Positions 46,786 to 60,200 of a stretch of 64,000 nucleotides of DNA are shown piece after piece. A program made the translations under genes and the position numbers. The stretch's first letter is position 1. Every line of letters begins with the position of its first letter. The notes beneath the pieces were generated by a model. That model made no database searches and was not told where the DNA came from. It saw only the letters and a list, made by a program, of their open reading frames with translations. Origin of the DNA: Pavona decussata (lineage: Eukaryota). The stretch is taken from assembly GCA_977016875.1 (NCBI GenBank), contig CDRNST010000080.1:310001-374000 (forward strand), read 5' to 3'.

Positions 46786-47269
46786 GAAACATGTGGTAAG
46801 CAGGTCTCATGGGGTTAAAGGTCTCAGAACATATTTGCTCCGACTGCTGCCAAATTCGAGAAGGAACACTTTAGTCGGACACACGTGGCGCGCGTAATTG
46901 CTGTTCATCAGTGAACAGAATATGGTAATTAAGCCCATAAAATTCGCTTATTAGGAAAGGCACATACAAAAGCACGAAAGGGAATGTTCCTGTGTCTTTT
47001 TGTACAGAAATGTAAAGTAACCAGTCTCTCAAATACCTGATTCCACACAACAATGAGCTCAGTTACAAGAATGCGGGCCACAGGTTTGAGTTTCTGTAAA
47101 TTCTTTCGATTTCTTGCTAGCTCCCTTGAAAGTTTGCGATAGATAATGCAAGTAAAATATGACATTTTTTGTCTTTTTTGTACTGACAAGAAGATCAGTA
47201 CGAAATTTAAAGCAGCAAATTCTGTGTCCAGTTTTTGTTGTGGGAAAAGAATTTCTGGACATAAAATAT

Positions 47270-48537
47270 TTTATAAAATATTTGAGATAGTACGCGCGCT
47301 CTCATTGGTCGATAGGTGTGTTTAGATGAGAGTATGTAAACACGCTTGTCACGTCACGCTTTCTGTGTCTCCCGGCACAATTTGAAAACATTTCAAAGCT
47401 TTCGCAAGACTCGCAACGTAATTTTAAGTACAACTGTTAAGGAAATGGTGACAAATTTCCCAAAATTTTGATCGGGATTTGCCTGTCTCCTCCCCCCTGA
47501 ACCCGAGGAGAAAAAAGCAAAAGAAAGAAGAACCACAGCTCTTTGCCTGCCTCGCTAGACGACCTCGTCGAGGGAGCTCAAGTGAAGAAGACAAAATTGC
47601 AACAAATACGCAGTAAACTTTTTTTCAAGGTTTTGCATCTAAGTATCACAAGGATATTCTCTAAAAGACATTCTTTATTCAAAAAATGTACACGAAAGCG
47701 AACACAAAATTATATGCTACAGACTATAAATGTTTCAAATCAAACTTTGTACGACCGGTTGCCGTGTTTTGGCTGTCAAATTTGTATAAAATGTATTTTC
47801 TCTGAGACTTTCTCAGCGTAATAATCTACTGCTACGATTACTATTACCAGCAACAACTTCACAGTCTGGATCCGCTGCTTGTGCTAAGATTCCTAAACAG
47901 CAAAACTTCACAAGGCACGATGAGCGATTCGACTTCTCAGCCATCTCAGGCTGCCACATCGGGCAAGTTCACGTAGCTTTCAAGAGCGACCATGCACAGT
48001 GACATTCATTTCCAGCTTAAATAAACTCCTCATCTTGAAGTTCTTTCCTTACAGAATCGTATATTTTGAACATTTCTTCTAGTTTTCACCGATTGTTCGG
48101 TATTTTTCTGTAAGATTCACGAGAATTCAAAGCTGAAATCTCCTCATCCACACAGGGCTCGCTGACGCTTGCCACAAATTTCAACTTGATTTTGACTTTT
48201 ATAACGCAAATTTTGATTGGTTCATGTGTTATTAGATGCGCGTTTTCATTGGCTAGTAGCAAAAATGATTGTCCAGAGCGTGAACTGAGAACATCTATTT
48301 CAATCAAGAAATAAATAAACAAAATTTCCCATCATTTGTCGAATTATTTTTTTAGAAATATTTTATAAAAGCAATGGAGGACTTTTTTCCCGTGTTTACA
48401 TAGCCTCATCTAAACACTCGGGGAGTTGGGAGAATTCGAGACAGTTATCTGTCAGTTATCTGTCTCGAATCCTCCCAACCCCCCTTGTGTTTTAGATGAG
48501 GCTACGTAAACACGGAAAAAGTCCTCTATTGCTTAAA
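47270..48537 (+). mobile_element. Crypton-like non-autonomous element
   Basis: Starts TATAAAAT...CGCGCGCTCTCATTGGTC. Contains a frameshifted SLDDLVEGAQVKKTK..TKYAV remnant. Ends in a hairpin of about 170 bp (48367-48537). Confidence 0.5.
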
Positions 48538-48547
48538 AGTAAACTCT

Positions 48548-49634
48548 TTAACAATTAGATTTATAAGATTGAAACTTCAATCATGTGATAGTTGATAAGA
48601 GTGAAGCCCAAATCAACTATCACCCATAAAAATCAAGGGCGAATAATCTAATTGTGTTAGTATAAATGTTCAAGTTGTTCAAAACTTGACAACAAGACAA
48701 ATTCACGTTTTTATTGAATAATGATATAAAAAGGTGACGCCACGCGCTACCACTCTGCTCACTATCTACAACAGAATAGGTAGGTGAGTAGCGCAGCCAA
48801 TAAGAGAACAGCATTCCTGAAAGAACGCTAGTAGATCTATACTAATTAACAAATAGATTCCATTTTGCCGTACGTCTGTACTCTGATAACGCACAGATGA
48901 CGTCAAAACGTGGTAAGAACAAAGAAGTACGCTACGAGCCGCAGGTGAGTAGCGTGACTGATGTTCTCACCACGTTTTGATGTCCTCTGTGCGTTATCAG
49001 AGTGCAGACCCACGGCAAAATGGAATCTATTTGTTTTATACAATAACCAAGACATTTCAACACATTTCGTGAGCGAGCATCACGTTGCCTGAACTGAGTC
49101 AAAAACTTTCCAGCAAACTCAGTTTTGGACTACTGCACACATGTATTGTGATCTTCCAAGTTAGAGTGTAATCCAAAAGAATTTCACTAACAATATTTTC
49201 AAAACTAACCTTTATTCCAGAAGGAAATCCTGACACCAAAATATTACAGCATGTAAGTCGCTTCACTGCGATTTGTAATCGATGACTTGCCATTACCGGA
49301 TTTCTATCGGCGACATATTTCGACAAATATTTGCTTCCTTTTTACGTCACAACAAAGTTCTAGCTTTCCTATCCTGGTTGAGGTCACTCTCAACAGTCTT
49401 TGTTCATTTTTTTATTGGACAGTTTTCCTTTCCTGAGAAAATTTGCCTGTGTTTGTCCGCTACTCTCAAAAACAGTTTGCAAAACTTTGTTGATCAGTCG
49501 CTCTCGCTGGACTCTAGACTCTGATCACGTGCGCCGGTCACACCACTCGATGACGTCAATCGTGCGTCTATACTCTAATCACACACTCCTCTAGACCAAT
49601 CAAAACGCGAGTTTTACACAGTGCACTGTATAAA
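48548..49634 (-). mobile_element. Two further abutting elements with a one-ended hairpin and a CCAAT...TAA far end (about 48548-48845 and 48846-49634)
   Basis: Hairpins AACAATTAGATT/AATCTAATTGT and AACAAATAGATTCCATTTTGCCG/CGGCAAAATGGAATCTATTTGTT; same layout as 59647-61189. Confidence 0.45.
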
Positions 49635-50253
49635 TTCTGATACAACAGAAGAGGAATTGCAAGAAAAACTTTCAAAAATATTTTCGAATTCTTCAAAGTC
49701 CAATCTTNNNNNNNNNNNNNNNNNNNNNNNNNNNNNNNNNNNNNNNNNNNNNNNNNNNNNNNNNNNNNNNNNNNNNNNNNNNNNNNNNNNNNNNNNNNNN
49801 NNNNNNNNNNNNNNNNNNNNNNNNNNNNNNNNNNNNNNNNNNNNNNNNNNNNNNNNNNNNNNNNNNNNNNNNNNCCGTTCATTCATTCACTGTTCGTCCA
49901 TCCGTCCGTCCGTCCGTCCGTCCGTCCATCCATTGTTCGTTTCTTTATTCATGCATTCTTTTAAAAAATAAACTGCAAAGGACCGGAAAACGGAAATGTT
50001 GCAAGTATACGCAGGATCTGTAAAAGATCTATTCAGCCAAAAATAAATACAAGTAGCTCAAATGCAAGGCTGATCTGACTGCGTACAAAACTTAACACGA
50101 CAGTTCTTGAGCTACTGGTATTCCTCTGAAGACTGTTAAATCTTCCCGTATTGGGATACATTTATTCTGAGGTGAGCAAGATAAAATTAACAAGAGTTTT
50201 CATGCCATAGATTTCCTTTATTTCACGCTTTATCAATTTTTATCACACAAATT

Positions 50254-53200
50254 TCAAGATTTCATTGTCTGATCGATCCAGTTCCGGAACTTAGCAACCC
50301 GTCCAAACACAGTGTATCGCTCAGTAGCAGAGCACCTCGGGGAACCCCAGCTGACGTCACCCTGGAGAACCCAATTGCCGTTAGCACCCTGGCAGACGTA
50401 AGGGCCACCACTGTCTCCATGGCAGCCACTGAGAATAGTGCCACTGACACCAGCGCACAGCATGTATTGAGTGATCTGAAGAGACGATCCTCCTATTAAA
50501 AACAATAGATCGGGTCAACTAAACGTAATAACAAAATGTCTCGGACATTAACTGAGAGGGAAAACGCATACTTCTTATGTCGATTTTGTTTTGTCCCACA
50601 ATGCTATGAGAGCATAAAGTCATTGTGATGGATCTTTCAAGTGATGCAAGCCTATTTAAAAATAAAAATAAAAAAAAATGACTTCAGTCGCGTACCTGGT
50701 GATGCCGCTAGTTTTCTTGCACATTCGCTGTTGGTGACCGGTGGCATTTGAGCTTGCTGAAGAATGTTGTGAGAAGATCCTGGGTGTTTTATCTTGCCCC
50801 ATCCTAAATGAAAATGTAAAAAAGTAAAAAAAAAAAAAATAATTAATAATTCTTTATAATTGAATTTTGAGCGCGGTGGAATATCAATTTTTATCACAAC
50901 TGCTATCAGTGCTACAAGGATTCCCATTTGCTTGTTGATTCTCTCAACGTAAAGTGGGTCCAATAAAAAAGTTACCGATTCAAGGATCCTTCAATACGTT
51001 ATGTGGCATTCTGATACCAAAACGAATGTGGCCAATTCGTATCGCACGACGGCAACGCCAGCAAAAATGTCACTTAGAAATAAATATTCATATCATCTTA
51101 GCTACTTTGTTTTAATTGTGATTATTCTAATCCGTTCAACTTGCACAATGTGAACGACTTATCTAGGAATATCGTCAGTAGCAACGCCGTCCAATGCCAG
51201 AAAAAAAAAAAAAGAAGGGAAAAAAAAAAACTGTCGAGTGCCCACGCTCTGCTTAAAACTTTGATTTTTTTTTTTTCACGACGTTAGGGCATTAAGTAGC
51301 GACGACGGCGGCGTCAACGAGAACGTCAGTAAATAGTTGTTTTGATAAGCAAAATACTGGCTTTGTACGTGCATTATACTCTTTGGTACAATTAATTTTG
51401 TATGTCTCTTTTATCTGACGAGAAAGTATTAGATACTACTAGAACAAGTCTAGTCAACCCGTAAAACATCAAATTGTCAACACAGGCGCAGACAATACAC
51501 GTTAGCGTTTCTTTCTTTGGCGTATCGATGATATGTTGGACATAAAGGAACCCTCCCAAAAGCTCGCAGAGAAAAAAACTTGGGAATTTTCTAACGAGGC
51601 GTCTAAGTTTTACTTTGTGACAACCATCAGAAAAAAATACTGACGATTTCGTTTGTAAACGCTCGCTTAAAAGGATTTACTCCATCTTTTCTTCTCTGAT
51701 TCTATTTCATTTGTTTACCTCGAAAGCAGAATATTATAGCGCGCAATGCTGCATGCATTTAGTGCCGAGAGAGGCTAGAATTTCTAAATCAACTCACCTG
51801 TAATGTAGCATCTGGACGAGGTCGGAACCATTTCATCTTGGGTTGGTAGACACACAGTTCCAACTCGAACGTTCAGAGTAGCCGGCCTCGACAGCTGAAT
51901 CAAAGCAATGTCTTTGTCAATCGTGCGCGATGAATACTGGGGGTGTTTTATCACTCGCTTGGCTGTTATATCTTGTTCAGTTCCTTCGGAAACCAAACGG
52001 TTATGATCACCCAGGCGGATGGTGTAATAACTGGCTGTCCTGTGGAATAAATTACAAGTAACATCTTGGGTCCGGTTGTTCGAAAGCCGATTAACGCTAA
52101 TCTATGATTAAAGTTAACCAAGGTGTTTATCTCGCTCGTTAAAAATTTTATGGACGGGTAAGTTTTAGCTAATGCTAAAGAAACGTCCAAGGCAAAACTA
52201 AAGGACAAAAATCTTTTGGGAGAATCGTTATGGATTAGTCAATAAACTCGAATCAAAGTTCAAATTAAACCAGAACTAGCTTAATGGGACTTTGAACAAC
52301 TGAGTCCTGAATTTTCATCTGTTTGGGGAAAAAAGTAATGGCTTTGTTAATTGATTGTGAATGGTTTAATTATTTCACTTTTATAAAATTAATTTGCTGC
52401 CTTATTAAAACAGTTCTCCTGATGACACCGCATGCAGGTGTCATATGCCAGCATATTCTCGTGGATTCACGTAATTCGATCAGACGCGTTGCTTCTATTG
52501 TTGGCAGCAAACGTGGTTAATAGTTTGCTTGAACGCAATTAATATTATTTATTTAACGGCAGGTTTTGTTTTCTTATTTATTTGGTTGAGAAAGAGCAAC
52601 AGCCACATTCCCGCATTTACTTACGTTGTAGAAATACAATGCGCTGCTGTGACCACCCAATCAGGAGCGATCAGAGATCCACCACAACTGAACGACTTGG
52701 AGCTTCCTCGCAGGAGGGCGATCTAATGTAAAAGAACATAAAAATTAACAGTGTTTAATAGTAGCGACTCAGGATCTAAGCATACCTCTTCTATTTGGCT
52801 CCTGCTCTTATTTTAAACCTCGCTTGAACGGCGGACCATTTTTGAGACACTGATTTATTTGAACAATATTGATAGAGGAGATGTCCGGTTCAGGAGGGCT
52901 GGTTTCAATGGTTTTAATGTGTTTACATTAAATTATTATTTATAGTAAGGACATTAAAATAAATAAGTACTAAGTTCCAAACTAAAACGGACTGGAAATA
53001 TTATTGATATTTAAAAATGTTCCCTTGAGCTCTGTAGAGGATTTTTCAATGATCTAATAGTCCTAGGGATTGTGATCCATGTTTCGCCCCATTAGTTTTA
53101 AAATGCATTGAAACTTCTTAGTTCTTGAGGGAGTCTTAACAGGTCTCTCGTCCTTATACAAAAGTTATGTACAGTCAATTAAATTATCATACACTTGAAC

Positions 53201-56200
53201 GCAAATATACACTGTAGAGGTGGACGACGTTGGGGCGCACTCCAACAGATGCCCCGCTGGTTTAAAGGCTTTCTTTATCAAGGTTTATATATTATGTCCC
53301 TAGTTATTCTTTCAGCGTTGGAAAATTGAAAACAATGCTGCTAGTTTTATTTTGACATGCAAAGCGCGCGAAGTGCCATCCATCTGCAGAATTCGGTGCA
53401 AAAGAAATAGTTGTTCCACATTTATCTAAGATTTCAAGTCCACATTCAATCTTCCTAGTTCAGTGTGGTGATTAAAGTAAGTAGTAGGTCACGCGTTCGT
53501 CAACTGTGTATAAAATATTTAAAGGGAAAAAAGTGAGCTTAGCTGAATAAAAATCAAAAATTTGCCTGACGCAATGTCTTAAATAATATATAGAATTATC
53601 TGGCCTCACCTGCCAAGGCCAATTTCCTGGCTTTGCATCCACTCCTCCAATAACACGAGTCACTGGGGACTTGCCACATGACCCTGGAGCCGAAGTGGGA
53701 GGAACTAATGATAATAATAATTAATATGAACCTTTATCTTCTCTCAGTCAGTGTTTATAGCGCAATGTGCAAAGGTTGCCTCGTATTTAACCTTAACAAA
53801 AAAGTGGTTAAAATTGAACATGACAAAATTGGAAATCCAGGTTGACAGGAGGTGGACCAATTGACTAATTTACAAGCGTCGCCGAGCAGTTGATCTCGGG
53901 GATTCCTAGAAACTTCAAGTCCATCTAGCGGCCGTAGCGGGACCTGAACAAGCGAGCGCCGGATTTCAAGTTCAGCGAAGTTAATCGCTCAGCCACTTGG
54001 TAGCCTCCTGGGGTGACTTGAAGTGACCACAGCAACGACTAAATAGTTCTAAGCATCAGCATGGTTAAATGCTAAGGTCACTTATTTTTTGGACCTAAAT
54101 TTATTATCATTCCACAGAACATTAATGCGGCGGTGCAATTTGACATCACGATTTACTCCCCATGTGGACAGCGGATGGGAAGAAGCCTGACATTTCAGCA
54201 TACAGCATTAGAGCATACAGTCTTTCTTTGCTAATTTGTTTGTTTGTTTTTGAAGAAGAAAAGTTTAATTTCAAATGGCCCTTTGAATTTGCTAAGCTTT
54301 ATAAACTGATATTGCAATTGTGCCTATAACCATTACATACATATCGAGAGACTTTCTAGTACAACCGAAACAGTGTAAAAAAGATCATGCGCGTGTAAAC
54401 ATAAGTCGTAGCCTCTTTTGATTCGTCACTCAATTTTTGTAAGGGGAACGATTGCGTGACAAGAAAAAGAGCGCGTGTAAGGGAGGCCCATTAGTCATTG
54501 TAGTAGTTTCAAATAATTTTGAACCCGCCTCGCTGTTTCCGAATGTAATCCCTTTGTGAAGATTTTTTCGAGGTCTTCGTTAATTAGAAACGTAAGATCG
54601 TGTTAGTTTTTGTCAAAGAACGTGTCTTTTTTCAGTGAGTTATTTGTTCATGTTCATGTTATGAAGGAAATCAAAGCACTATTAACCTACCAATGGGACA
54701 CATGTTGCAGGATTTTGGACAGTTTTTCTGTGCCCACGCTTTGTTTTGATTGCAGAAGTTTCCACAAGAAGCAACATGTGGACAGACGAATGCAAATGTT
54801 GTACTGTCCTCACAACCTAAAGAAATATACCAGAAAGATTCAGCGTGTTAATAATTAAATTGGGAATGGGCTCATGTTTGGTAAAAAGTCTGCTTGTTCG
54901 TCTTCCTACAGTGTAAATGACAATCTGAACTTTACTATTCCTTTTAGAATCCTAAGGTACAGAACATATTTTGCTTAGCAAAAGTTTTTGATAAGCTCAA
55001 TAAGAGAATTATCAAAGTTTTCTTTTTCACAAATGGCCGTAAAAATATTATAAAGTGACCCTTTACAGAACTGCCTGCCAGAAGCGGCGGTGACCAACGT
55101 TGCCTGCCATGGCCATTTGTTGATCTTTGCATTATCGCCACCCACGATACGAGAGTGAGATGGTCTAGATCCGCAATCTCAAAAATGAAAAATTTTATCG
55201 TCATATCTTCGTTTACTTCCTTTGAACACGGAAGATAGTGATCAGTACTTTGAGATGTTTTCAAAATTGTTTACGGTGCTCTTTTTAGACACTCTTATGG
55301 CAAAACTGAAGCATGTTTAAGCCACCTGATCTCTTTGCAAAGAAGTTTGTTTGGTCTGGCCTTGGATAAGTAGGAATAAACTAAACTGAAAAACGTAACT
55401 GAAAAAGTTGTTTAGTTCGTCTGAAAAGTGAGAAATACTCTTTTGGAACTGAACTGAACTGAACAGTTCAAATGACACTTAAAAGAATATATAAGAAAGA
55501 AAGAAAGAAAGTATTTGCCTTCGGACATTAGGAATGAGTAAAAGAAACGATTTTTAAACATCTTCTTATATTCAAAATGTTATATGACAAGTTTCAGGTA
55601 AACGCTTTAAACTGGACTGGAAGTTAACAAATGAATCCTGCCTACAAAAAGCTCGCACACAGGGTATAAGCTCACAGCTGTGTGCTATCAATACTGAAAA
55701 ACATCAACCAAACCTCCAGGTGGCGGAGCTGGTGTTTGTGGTGGGGGTGGGGTTGGTGGTACGCCTGAGCAACTTCCTGGCCTCAGTGAAAAGTCGTCAA
55801 TGGCGATGTCCCCTTGCCAGCTTGCTCCTCTCACCCCCTCAAACAACACTTGGACCTTAAAACAAAGAGAGTAATGATATTAGGGTTGGGCGATAAAGCA
55901 GACTTTTTCATGACTGATCATGGAACACAATAATTAATATATTTCATGTCCTTAATTAGTCATTGAGCAGTGCAATTACTTTCGTTGACCTTTGATCTGT
56001 TGCAAACATTCTATTACAGTCTTTGTCACCTCGTTTTATTACAAATGGAACTTTCCTTGTGTTCTCTACAGAAAATGTTGTCATAGCGGCCATGTATTGG
56101 GTCTGCCATTCTAGATCTGATTGGGTTTTCCAGAAACTACCTCAATTGAACCCAAGTCATAACAAGTTGCTAAAACAAACGAGAAAAGTACAATGCCAAA

Positions 56201-57121
56201 GAAAATTTACGAAGGAGAATTTTATATGAAAAACTGGCTTGGATTTCTTATTTTTTTGGGCGCAGGTGAGACATCACTCAATTCCTGCGGTGCCCATCAC
56301 GTTATTTTTTGTTTGGCATTTTAATAACTTGGTCTTACCTGCCGTGAGGCATTTGCAAGTTGTTTTAAGAAACCTAGTCCTAGCCGATAGCGCGTTTGAT
56401 TAGCTCATGACATGTCAACCACCTGCTAAAAAAGCTTTGTTCATTTTGTGTTTTCCATTCGATATGAACGGATAATGAACAGCAAAGTCCACGTCAGTTG
56501 ATGAACGACCACTTGAATTCATCTGGCAGAAGAGCAGAGGGTTTCGATTCGAAGACGCTTGGTTTTTTTTCCAGATTCCAGGAAATTTAAAATTTTAATT
56601 TTGTTGTTCTTTTATGTGTGTTTTGTTTTGTCTTTCTTTTTCTTTTAATATGCTATATGTTTTCATGTGAAAGTTAATATGTAAGTTTTGCAGCATGGAT
56701 TACCAGAAACAGTCTCGAAAATACGTCATACTTACGGCACTTCCACTTCCAGCGATGTCAACCTCGGCTTTTTTCCAGGCATTTCCTTGGCTTCCTGACT
56801 TGGAAAATTTTATCTGACCACCACTGTATACTTTCAGTGCACCAATATCTCTTCCATTCATGTGGTAATAGAAGGTCATGCAAAAACTACCGCTTCCAGC
56901 AGAAGTAAATGAAAGCTTGGCGTTGTCATTTGGCACCCTTGGACTCGAAGTCTCAATGTACATGTATTTTCCTTGAAAAGACAGAAAGCAATCAAATGAA
57001 TTCCAGACGAGAGTTTCTAAAACCTTCCGAAAGTATTTCTGGAGTAAAAGACTATTTTACGGGCACAATGTTCATTCCCATAAAATCGAAAAGCTTAGGC
57101 GTCGAAAACTTAACAGGATAG

Positions 57122-57207
<86 letters not shown>

Positions 57208-60200
57208 GATCCTTTGACCGCCCCAACCCCCGTTTTTATGGCTGCATAAATTTAGTAATGCAAAGAGTCACCGTTTTTATCCCAATTCTTACAATAGGCC
57301 CTGAGTTCTGATAACTGCTCCAATTTTGAAATGAGCGTAGGGAAACACGTAATACTCTCCGTGATCAGAGTTTTGTGATTGAACAGAATAATAACGATGC
57401 TTAATGACCGATTTATGTTTCGAGGTTCATCTCACATCTCTGCACAAGTTTTCTGGACCTTGTCGTATTCTCATCAGCATTTCACATATTTTATCGAAGT
57501 ATTTAGTATTTAGTCAACTCATGGTAAATGTCCTGTGTTCAACAATAGGCGGCCTATTTGGAGTCCATAAAAAGAAACTTGATCTCAGTAGGCCGTACGC
57601 TATATCGTTTATAAAACGTTTGACTATAAAGTTGTGTTAAAACATTACTTCAAATCTTTTTAAGGTGTCGAAGAATGGCTAAAAAACGACGACTTTTCGA
57701 CGTTGGCTTAACGTCATTATAATTATAGTCAAAAAGTGTATACATTGTAATCCATTAACACTAAAAAGAACAATGGGCGATCAAAAAAGTGTAACGTAAG
57801 AAGAAAGTCATAAGTTAAACAAAAAGAAATTTTCATACACACCTGAACCCCCATGACCTGTTGATGGTCCTGTACCGGAGGATGTTGTAGAGCCAGACCT
57901 CAGTGTCCAGTCAAACTTGTCTGATGTTTCCTGTTTCCATCCCGAGCACAAACCGCTGTCAAAGGTGCACGACACTGGAGAGGAAGGTAAGAAGGTCATA
58001 AATCACAAACACAGTGTCCTATTCTTTGCAGATGAATTAAAATTAGGTTGAGAAATACTGACAAGTGAATTTCAGATTTGAAGGAAAAAAATGGGCGAGG
58101 GCAAACTATATGTGAGCAAATTTTCTTTTGGTTTGTCCAACAACATGGCGGCACTGCAATCCACCCATAGAAGTGACGCGAAGCAAATTTATTTTTATTG
58201 ATTAATAAACATTGGCAATTTAAAATCAGTAGCACATACAACTTTACGTCTCGGATCACGTTTAAAACCTATCTTTGGCGTATTTTCATTTCTGGGTGAA
58301 ATGTAATTTCGGCTTATACTTCGAGAGGAAGCAAACAAACATCTCTATTCTATACCTTTTTGTGGCGGTTGTGGAGTTGCCGGCGGCGGTGGAGTTGGCG
58401 GTTGCGCAGTTGGTGGTTTTGGACTAGGCGGGGTTATTCCAGTCTTTGTTAATATCCATGACCTAACTTCACCAACCTTAGCGTAAACACCATACTTCTT
58501 AGCCATAGCACAGCCATATCCCCAGCTGGTGACACCCTCCAGATGCCATTTATTGTTATAATCACAAACCAGCGGTCCACCACTATCACCTTGGCAGGAA
58601 TCAACTCCTCCTTTGTCTAGACCAGCACATAACATGGAGTCATCAATCTTTCCCGGATAAGCCACCAAACAACGCGATTTTGACACCAGTGGAACCGAGG
58701 CTTGCTGGAGGATATTAGGTTGACTTCCACCCGATGACAAAGTTCCCCATCCAGTTATCCAGCACCTCTTGCTTGGGTTGTCAATTGGAAGAGCGTTGCT
58801 TGGATTTGGCAAACAAACAAGGCCAACTCCTTTCCCAAGGACAGCAGGGCTTTTAAGTTTGAGCAGTGCTATGTCGTGGGCGTATTGTATTGGTTTGTGA
58901 TAATTTTCATGATTAATAATTTGTTGAACGTCGATGGTCTGCTCTGTACCAACAGACCCACTTACTCTATAATGAGCTCCCAATCTAGACAGGGTATAAT
59001 CAAACAGGAAAAAACAAAACATTTGTGTTGTGAAAAGTGGGAATCCTACCCATGCGACATAACTAGGAAACATTTATAATAGGTATAGAGGGTGCTCTCT
59101 CACAACATGGTTGTTTTCAGAGAGGCCCTTTACATAAAAGTTACAAACAAATAGGGATTCAATTACAATAGTTAAAATTTGCCCTACTAGATACATATAT
59201 GGTAAGAACTCGCATGAATACTTAACAATTATCCTGTCTACCAGAGAGATAAAATTTCACGAGGCACTTTCCGAGATCGGTTTTCTTAGGTGGTTTTCTC
59301 CATCTCTTTAAGACGACTCGAGACCTCTGTTTAATTGTTGCGAGCACCATTCTAAGAAAGTACTGTTTGTAATTTCCGAGTCTTTGCTAGACTACGGGAC
59401 AATACAAAAGTCTAGCAAAAAAAAAAAAAAAAAATAATGCTGAACTGTAATTTGCCAGTTCATAAACAAAAAGGTAAGCTTAAGCAGTAAAAGTTTTTAC
59501 ACTAACCATTACAAATCTTGACAGCAAACTTGGTTCTTCTTTGTGTTTTATTAAACAGCATTATTAATAATTTGGTGTAGTTTTGAGGTGGTTACTTTTT
59601 GAAAGCGCTCTGCCATTTTTCTTCCCGTTAGACCAAATTACGTATATATGAACAATAGCCCCCATTTGGCGCGAAAATATGCTCAGATATTTGTCCGCGG
59701 ACATTATCTGTTCCGCGAAGCGAACAGTTTTCCGAAAGCGAAACTCGAGGAAAACTGTGAGCTTCAAGGAGCAGATAATGTCCAAGGACAAATATCTGAG
59801 CATATTTTTAAAGTCAAACGGAGGCTATTGTGTTTGTTATCCTTCAAATACTTTTCGCAACATGCGGGAATCTCGCAGGAATCAGCAGGATCTGCCATTC
59901 TGTCATATGTCAATCACGTCAAAGTTTGTCAGTTGGCTTCCAAAATCTCCACGTCTCCACGTCAGATTTCGCTTCAGGTCGAAAGCGTTTGTTTGGGGAA
60001 AAGGTAAAACATTTGAAAGGAAAGTAAACTTGTTTAATTCCGTGAAAGACAAAAGTAAGATACAAGTGGCGGATAAGGTTACAGGGAATTTAACTACCTT
60101 TCAAAAACAAGCTAAAGATCACTGAAAACGAAAAACTGTAAAGTATCGCATTCCGTAAAAAGTGTAAACTGCCGTCAACGAAACAGCCGGCGCTTTGTCG

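Noticed and set aside
59564-60125. Overlapping 65-148 aa ORFs
   Set aside because: They lie in the hairpin end of the Crypton-like element and show no recognisable protein motif.
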